A stretch of DNA of 64,000 nt from Patescibacteria group bacterium. Its GTDB lineage: Bacteria; Patescibacteriota; Microgenomatia; PFEM01; JAHIFH01. The stretch covers positions 289,111 to 353,110 of the forward strand of contig DATKWU010000009.1 in assembly GCA_035529375.1 (NCBI GenBank). Reading direction: 5' to 3'. Under the pieces are notes generated by a model. The model ran no database searches. It was given only the letters and a program-made list of their open reading frames with translations, and was not told the DNA's origin. Below are positions 58,521 through 64,000 of this stretch, piece by piece. The position numbers and the translations under genes were made by a program. The stretch's first letter is position 1. Each line of letters starts with the position of its first letter.

Positions 58521-59429
58521 ATGAAAAATATTTCAATATTATTTCCCAAATCGGAGTTTACGTCCGATCAACTGCAAAAATTAGGTTTCGCAGGACAAGT
58601 TTCTTTTATAGAAAGTGGTAGTGAGAGTTCACTAAAAGATTTAATTAAGCTCTCAAAAGATGCCGACATACTTGCGTTTAGCCCAGATAAAATTGGCAAG
58701 TGTGCTTCAGAATGGTTGCTCAAAATACTTGAAGCCTCACCGAAAGTAAAAGGGTTAGCTTTAAATACAACCCATGCTAACTATGTTGATATGGGTTATT
58801 GCAACGAAAGACGCATAAGAGTTTTTACAATTCTTGATGACTCTGCTGAGGCAATCGCCGAGCATGTCATATTACTTATCTTAGGCTGTGCTAAAAGATT
58901 GTTTATTAATGATCGAAGAACTTACAGGCGAAAGTACCAACCAGAACTAGGATTTGAAATCAGAGGTAAAAGCCTAGGCGTTATCGGTTCAAATTTGGAG
59001 GCGCAAAGGGTTGTGTCGCTAGCAAAAGCAATAGGAATGACAGTATATGCGACAGAACGCCTTGAGGGAGCAATTAGGAAACCATCCGTGCTTCAATCAG
59101 ACATTATTACAATTCATTTACCTGATACAGAAGAAAATAAAAAGTATTTGTCTAAAGAAAAAATTGCACTACTAAAAGATGGGGCGATTGTCATAAATCT
59201 TTCGAGCAGGGATATAGTCGATGAAAAAGCTATGGCGGAAGCATTAAAGAAAAGACTGGTTGACCAATATGCTTTTGAGGCGGAAAGCATGAAGAAATCA
59301 CCGCTTGGGGAAAGTGAATTTGCTCTAATGTTTAAGCCATTTTGTAAATTCACAAAAGAATCACTTAGGAGAAACAGGAGTCTGTGGGTCATAAATATTT
59401 CTAACTTGGCTGGGAAACCGACTTCCTAA
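58521..59429 (+). CDS. D-2-hydroxyacid dehydrogenase-like protein (degenerate motifs)
   Basis: AIAEH, GFEIRGKSLGVIG, SDIITIHLP, INLSSR.IVDE; SD AAGGAGG. Confidence 0.8.
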   Translation: MKNISILFPKSEFTSDQLQKLGFAGQVSFIESGSESSLKDLIKLSKDADILAFSPDKIGKCASEWLLKILEASPKVKGLALNTTHANYVDMGYCNERRIRVFTILDDSAEAIAEHVILLILGCAKRLFINDRRTYRRKYQPELGFEIRGKSLGVIGSNLEAQRVVSLAKAIGMTVYATERLEGAIRKPSVLQSDIITIHLPDTEENKKYLSKEKIALLKDGAIVINLSSRDIVDEKAMAEALKKRLVDQYAFEAESMKKSPLGESEFALMFKPFCKFTKESLRRNRSLWVINISNLAGKPTS

Positions 59430-59595
59430 CCGAGTATATGCGATAGAAATCAATTGTGAGCCATTCTTATAAGAGGTGAAACAATGCGATACCTAAAACA
59501 GGTATCTTTCATTCGTTTAGCCTCAAACGCTTGTTTAATCGCATTGTACGAGGTTATCGCTATGGTAATTAGCCTGAAAGTATTAAAATATAGCT

Positions 59596-60255
59596 ATGGA
59601 CATGTTTATTAAATGGCTATCAGAAAATTACGGGTGGGTTGTAAGCCTACTGATACAAGGCTTTATCGCATATCATGTTTTCTTTCTTTCTCAGAAGTTA
59701 TCAAGTAAGGCTAGATTAGAACATAAAGAATCGATAAAGCGTAAGGCAGATGAGTTGTTGTCAGAAGTACGAAGGAAAAAACTAAATAGTGAGGTTTATT
59801 TAGTAAACATTAATAGATATTTCAAAGACTACCCATCAAACACAGAAAAAAGATTTGAAGGATATTCCCATATCAGAGCTGAAATAAAATCAACAAGATT
59901 TGATGGAATTGAGTTTTTTGCTGAACCACCCGTAGAAGTGTATAAAAAATCAAACGGAAGCCTATCTTTCAAGGGGACTAAGAAAGAAAAAGTATTTAAT
60001 GCTTATCCCGTTGGGGTTGTTCCTTATGAGTGGATTGAACATGTTGATATAAGTGGGGATGAATACGCTTATGTTCCATTATTCTATTGTTACTACAAAG
60101 GCAAAACAAACTGGAAGTTTTGGAAACGCTTCTTATTCTTTGGCTACCCCTATAAAAAGATGCTCTACTATAAATTGAGTGATGTGTATGACGAAAGAAA
60201 TGATCCTAGCGAAATGAAGTACTCGTATATCGATCAACCTATTGGGAAATTCTAA
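59596..60255 (+). CDS. Hypothetical protein with N-terminal TM
   Basis: 219-aa ORF, one TM. Confidence 0.65.
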   Translation: MDMFIKWLSENYGWVVSLLIQGFIAYHVFFLSQKLSSKARLEHKESIKRKADELLSEVRRKKLNSEVYLVNINRYFKDYPSNTEKRFEGYSHIRAEIKSTRFDGIEFFAEPPVEVYKKSNGSLSFKGTKKEKVFNAYPVGVVPYEWIEHVDISGDEYAYVPLFYCYYKGKTNWKFWKRFLFFGYPYKKMLYYKLSDVYDERNDPSEMKYSYIDQPIGKF

Positions 60256-60383
60256 CTAACCGCCAGGCAAGGTTTCACTTTTTCTATTTCCTCTCTGATT
60301 TGAGCTACAAGCCTAAAGTCAGAGAAAGCCTTGATAATACAAGATAATTGCGTGGTTATATTAGAGGTGCGATCCTCGAGCCA
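60252..60383 (-). other. Start-less recombinase C-terminal tail 1
   Basis: WLEDRTSNITTQLSCIIKAFSDFRLVAQIREEIEKVKPCLAVS*, in frame with the recombinase ...SSNWL across the core. Confidence 0.85.
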
Positions 60384-60401
60384 GTTGGAACTTAATATAC
60401 C
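60378..60401 (+). repeat. 24-bp direct repeat, copy 2 (attR1/attL2 junction)
   Basis: GAGCCAGTTGGAACTTAATATACC. Confidence 0.95.
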
Positions 60402-60541
60402 CAAGTGCTTGTTAATACTTCAATAAAAACAAGCCTTAAATCGCCTCTAATAAAATCCCTTAGTTGTAAGGAAAAGTTGAAGCTAAACTTATAATTTTCT
60501 TTTGCTTGAGGTAAAATATAGGAAAGTGATATATTAGCGGT

Positions 60542-61003
60542 ATGAACAAAAATCTTTGGAACAAACAGACATTTTTGACTCTTGCCGGTATGTTGGCATT
60601 ATTTGCCGGACTTGCCGCCTTTTTTTATTATGAAGGCCTTGCGGGCAGGCCAATATACCTATTTGCAATAATAGCAGTGGCTGTTATCGTCGCTGCCGTT
60701 GCCGCGGTTTATTTGTACCTGTTGTCAAAGGGTAAAATCCAGCAAACAGGTCCGGATTACCGTTCTCTTTTTTTCTTGGGCCTTATGTTTTTTATCTTCG
60801 GCTCGCCAGAAAACCCTGCCTTTTATGCTATTGGCCTTGTGTTTGTTATTGCCGCTTTGGTCAACAGAAAGAAATGGAAAAAACAGCCCAAGCTAAGCGA
60901 ATTATCCCCAGCTCAAAGAAAATTCAGAATTGCCCTGATGATAGCTTTGGGGTTTTTGGTATTGGCTGGTTTTGTGGCTTGGTGGTGGTTCGATAAAATG
61001 TAA
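60542..61003 (+). CDS. Membrane protein
   Basis: About 5 hydrophobic segments, PDYRSLF. Confidence 0.7.
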   Translation: MNKNLWNKQTFLTLAGMLALFAGLAAFFYYEGLAGRPIYLFAIIAVAVIVAAVAAVYLYLLSKGKIQQTGPDYRSLFFLGLMFFIFGSPENPAFYAIGLVFVIAALVNRKKWKKQPKLSELSPAQRKFRIALMIALGFLVLAGFVAWWWFDKM

Positions 61004-61061
61004 GTGTTGAAAATAAGTGCAAGACTAAATTTTCAATATTTGTTATTATGAACTTAACAAT

Positions 61062-61457
61062 ATGCAAAGCAGTGAATGGTATCAGCAATTAATTAGACCG
61101 TCGTGGTCTCCACCGTCTTGGCTTTTTGGTCCGGTTTGGACTTTTCTATATATTTTAATCGCTGTTTCCTTTTTTAAAGTATTTCAACTAACTTTTCAAA
61201 AAAAAGCCGCGTTTATTGTCGCACTCCCGTTTATTCTTAATCTCATCTTTAACTTTGCATTTACTCCCTTACAATTTGGATTAAGAAACAACTTTCTAGC
61301 TGCAATTGACATCCTCCTTGTTTTGGGCACTCTTGTTTGGGCAATGATTGCCATTTATCCTCATGCAAAATGGATTACTTTTATTCAAATTCCATATTTA
61401 TTGTGGGTTAGTTTTGCGACTGTTTTGCAGTTAACAATTACTTATTTAAATCGTTAA
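61062..61457 (+). CDS. tspO: TspO/MBR tryptophan-rich sensory protein
   Basis: WYQQLIRPSWSPPSWLFGPVWTFLY, PYLLWVSFAT. Confidence 0.9.
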   Translation: MQSSEWYQQLIRPSWSPPSWLFGPVWTFLYILIAVSFFKVFQLTFQKKAAFIVALPFILNLIFNFAFTPLQFGLRNNFLAAIDILLVLGTLVWAMIAIYPHAKWITFIQIPYLLWVSFATVLQLTITYLNR

Positions 61458-61458
61458 G

Positions 61459-61851
61459 ATGTTTATAAAAACTTATTTAATCACCCTGCCGGTATTTTTG
61501 GCAATCGACTTGGTTTGGCTGAGCCTAATCGCCAGGAAATTTTACGCCCAATACCTAGGTTATTTGATGAAGACAAATGTCAATTTTGCGGCAGCTGGCC
61601 TATTTTATTTGCTGTTTGTGGTTGGTTTGGTGATTTTCTCGGTTCTACCGGCACTAGAGAAAAATTCTTGGATTCAGGCTCTTTTTTTGGGAGCTTTACT
61701 CGGACTTGTCTCCTATGCCACCTATGATTTAACGAATTTAGCTACAATCAAAGACTGGCCGTTGTTGGTTACGATTGTAGACATAGTATGGGGAACAGTT
61801 TTGGGGGCCTCAGTTTCTCTGATTAGCTATTTTATTGCCACAAAAATATAG
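61459..61851 (+). CDS. DUF2177-like membrane protein
   Basis: IDLVWL, YATYDLTNLAT.KDWP..DIVWG. Confidence 0.85.
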   Translation: MFIKTYLITLPVFLAIDLVWLSLIARKFYAQYLGYLMKTNVNFAAAGLFYLLFVVGLVIFSVLPALEKNSWIQALFLGALLGLVSYATYDLTNLATIKDWPLLVTIVDIVWGTVLGASVSLISYFIATKI

Positions 61852-61857
61852 AAGAAA

Positions 61858-62634
61858 TTATCCTTTTTGAGGTAGGGGGATTAAAATACTAGTTTTCTTT
61901 TTATAATTCTGATACTTCTTGTTATCAGCAAATTTTTTGTCATATCTTTTTTCGAGTGGGGGAATGCCACTAACGAATAAGAGTATGAAGGTGATAAAAA
62001 ATGGGCCAATGATGGTTAACCATGACATTCCCCGGATGAAGGGTAGAACGAAAATAAATATTCCCCACCAACAAAGCATTTCCCCAAAATAATTAGGATG
62101 TCTTGAGTATTTCCACAAGCCCGTTTGAATCCACAGATTTTTATTCTTTGGCTTGTTTTTGAAGCTGAACTTTTGCCAATCAGAAATTGTTTCAATTATT
62201 AAGCCCAGAGCCCAAATTGCAACTCCTAAAATCATAATAAAATTTATTGTTTTATGTTCGGTGATACTTAATAAATAAATTGATGGCAGCATGATTGCCC
62301 AGACGACTAGGCCTTGGAAGAGCCAAAACTTTAAAAATTGGAGTGGTTTTTCTCTGATATTGTCAAAACGACTATCCTTTTTAATTTTTAAGATTCTAAT
62401 TAGGAGGTAAGAAATAAGTCTTATACCCCAAAAAATAACCATTACCGTTAGTAATATCTGGTAAAAATAGAATGTCTGGTTTTTAAGAAGGAATAGAAAA
62501 GCAAGTATAATAAAGGTCAGACCGTAGGTAAAATCAGTAAACTTGTCTGTTTTAAAAGAACTGGCTAAAACAAAAAATATGAGATTTATTCCTAGGCTGA
62601 CAAGTAAAGCTAGAAGGTAAATATTTATCATCAT
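61858..62634 (-). CDS. DUF1295 / steroid 5-alpha-reductase-like membrane protein
   Basis: WGIRL, DSRF, SDWQK, GLWKYSRHPNYFGE, VSGIPPLE. Confidence 0.88.
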   Translation of the reverse strand: MMINIYLLALLVSLGINLIFFVLASSFKTDKFTDFTYGLTFIILAFLFLLKNQTFYFYQILLTVMVIFWGIRLISYLLIRILKIKKDSRFDNIREKPLQFLKFWLFQGLVVWAIMLPSIYLLSITEHKTINFIMILGVAIWALGLIIETISDWQKFSFKNKPKNKNLWIQTGLWKYSRHPNYFGEMLCWWGIFIFVLPFIRGMSWLTIIGPFFITFILLFVSGIPPLEKRYDKKFADNKKYQNYKKKTSILIPLPQKG

Positions 62635-62668
62635 GTCTTTATTATAAGTAAAATAAAGAATTATTGAT

Positions 62669-63106
62669 ATGCGATTATGGAGCCTACATCCTAAGTATTT
62701 TGATACAAAAGGTTTAGTTGCGGTCTGGCGAGAAAGTTTGCTGGCAAAAAAGGCTTTACAGGGTAAAACAAAAGGTTATACCAAGCACCCACAACTTATC
62801 CGCTTCAAAAATCACCCTTCTCCTTTAGAAGCTATTGATTGTTATTTATCTCACATATTCTTTGAGGCCAAAAAAAGAGGCTATAACTTTGAGAGAAGGA
62901 AAATTGGTAGGGTTTCTAGAAATATTAAGAAAATAAAAGTAACTTCAGGCCAAGTCGATTATGAGCTTAATCATTTAAAAAACAAGCTAAGGAAAAGAGG
63001 CTCTACCTTATGCAATAAAACAGTTAAAACTAAAAAGATTAAAGTTCACCCGTTATTTACAATCGTCATCGGTGACATTGAACCCTGGGAAAGACAAAAG
63101 CCCTGA
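62669..63106 (+). CDS. Pyrimidine dimer DNA glycosylase/endonuclease V family
   Basis: MRLWSLHPKY.D.KGLVAVWRE.LLA, GY.KHPQL.RF, RGYNF. Confidence 0.88.
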   Translation: MRLWSLHPKYFDTKGLVAVWRESLLAKKALQGKTKGYTKHPQLIRFKNHPSPLEAIDCYLSHIFFEAKKRGYNFERRKIGRVSRNIKKIKVTSGQVDYELNHLKNKLRKRGSTLCNKTVKTKKIKVHPLFTIVIGDIEPWERQKP

Positions 63107-63116
63107 AATGACTATT

Positions 63117-63251
63117 TTAGGAAGTTAAAGCTAGGCAAGGCTTCACTTTGGCAATCTCTTCCCTCAATTCCTGTACAAACCTGAAATCTTCAAAAACCTT
63201 GATAATATGGGAAAAACTCTTGGTTATATTAAGGTTTCGCCCTTCGAGCTA
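63117..63251 (-). other. Start-less recombinase C-terminal tail 2
   Basis: (*)LEGRNLNITKSFSHIIKVFEDFRFVQELREEIAKVKPCLALTS*; 26/42 identical to tail 1 by hand count. Confidence 0.85.
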
Positions 63252-63304
63252 GCCTCAGAAAGCTCCATTTATTGGATTTTTTTGGTCTGATATAATAAAA
63301 ACAT

Positions 63305-63792
63305 ATGAATACAGATTTAACTCCTGAGGAGAAAGGATTAGTAGAATACTCAAAAAAGCAGTTGTTAAATACAACAAAATCCGTCACGCAAATGGTGGTA
63401 TAGACACTCTTTATGCTTTCGTTTTATCAGATAGAGGTAACATCCACGATGGTGCGTGTTACGAGCCCAACATCGCTCAAGCCACTGTTTGTGGGGAACG
63501 AAGTGCTATTGCTAATATGGTTTTGCAGGAGTCATATAAAGCTAAAATTAAAAGTATTGTAATAGCAGACCCAGTCCCAGAAGTTCAGGAACGCGGGACA
63601 CCGCCTTGTGGGACTTGTAGACATCTTATTTGGTCTCACGGAACACCAGAAACGACAGTTATCCTTATGCAATATATTCCAGGTAAAGACGGTTGGACTT
63701 TCCCGAAGTTAGAGAAATATACGATAAAGGACTTTTACCCGCTTCCCTATGAGCCGAAGGAAAGACTTTGGGACAATTGGCAACCCAAGTAG
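63305..63792 (+). pseudogene. Cytidine-deaminase-like gene split by a -1 frameshift (pseudogene, assembly error or programmed shift)
   Basis: TVCGER and PPCGTCR zinc motifs in the -1 frame; ATG 63305 frame stops at 63401-63403; frames join at A AAA AAG 63352-63358. Confidence 0.75.
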
Positions 63793-63800
63793 CCAGAGGT

Positions 63801-63926
63801 TTATGTCAATACGAATGCTGGTTTGCTTTGGTTAATTCCGAAATTTTCAAACATAATTTTGATGTCATTTAGGGTAATATCAAACTCAATATTTCTGTTG
63901 CAGAATAAGTCCTTTAGGGGGAGCCA
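63801..63926 (-). other. Start-less recombinase C-terminal tail 3 ending at the outermost GGAGCCA
   Basis: WLPLKDLFCNRNIEFDITLNDIKIMFENFGINQSKPAFVLT*; same register to the core, similar length to tails 1 and 2. Confidence 0.65.
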
Positions 63927-63932
63927 GGAATA

Positions 63933-63958
63933 GAAAAGCCCAATTTAATGGGCTTTTC
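63933..63958 (+). terminator. Hairpin; probably the original tRNA-Asn terminator displaced by the island
   Basis: GAAAAGCCC-AATTTAAT-GGGCTTTTC, 6 nt after GGAGCCA. Confidence 0.65.
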
Positions 63959-64000
63959 TGATTTGGTAAAATAGGAGTATGGGAAAGGAAAATGATATTT

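Larger units (their letters stand above)
49748..60383. mobile_element. Integrative element 1 at the 3' end of tRNA-Asn
   Basis: Recombinase at the left end; GAGCCA core at 49748 and 60378; inverted arms TAATATA/TATATTA. Confidence 0.85.
60378..63251. mobile_element. Module 2: recombinase-less cassette
   Basis: Inverted arms CTTAATATACCCAAG (60391-60405) and CTTGGTTATATTAAG (63219-63233); ends in tail 2 and GAGCTA. Confidence 0.75.

Noticed and set aside
49748-60401. Reading the 24-bp direct repeat as a long tyrosine-integrase-type core duplicated from the host
   Set aside because: Only 6 bp match the tRNA. The rest encodes recombinase residues and an att arm, so it is better explained as the left end of a related older module.
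1-64000. CRISPR array, IS transposase, rRNA, reverse transcriptase/DGR
   Set aside because: No regularly spaced repeats, transposase, rRNA or RT motifs were seen by eye.
1-64000. Alternative genetic code (UGA as Gly)
   Set aside because: Conserved genes are full length under code 11, and TGA ends genes such as comF and dnaG at the expected place.
63979-64000. ATG-initiated frame at the window end
   Set aside because: Only 7 codons are visible, too little to call.

Overview
This window is the replication-origin region of a small-genome bacterium. Gene content (DUF4012-like and VanW-like proteins, an array of small T4SS-type pilins, tRNA-Arg(GCG)) suggests Patescibacteria/CPR, Microgenomates-like; that placement is inference. 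Standard code 11 fits. Layout: 1-18.3 kb housekeeping (tsaD, valS, rplY, rnhA, flippase and O-antigen ligase, jag-yidC-yidD-rnpA-rpmH, dnaA-oriC-dnaN). 18.3-39.5 kb is a T4SS-like surface locus (VirB4-like ATPase, PrgI, VirB6-like, M23 peptidase, GH-A hydrolase, 8 pilin paralogues, SpoIID-like) with ispA-uppS inserted. 39.5-48.7 kb holds smpB-ssrA, comF, six tRNAs and dnaG-rpoD. Next come an HTH/LAGLIDADG-like gene and a tRNA-Asn(GTT) split by a 210-nt group I intron inside the anticodon. The best candidate new system is the island at the 3' end of that tRNA (about 49748-63926). A large serine recombinase has its attachment site inside its own 3' end. Three tandem modules each end in a start-less reading frame of about 40 codons, in register with the GAGC(C/T)A core. 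Excision at the first or third site would give the recombinase a different C-terminus; the second site has TAG at the Trp codon, so its outcome depends on the crossover position. All calls are by eye from sequence motifs; no database searches were run.
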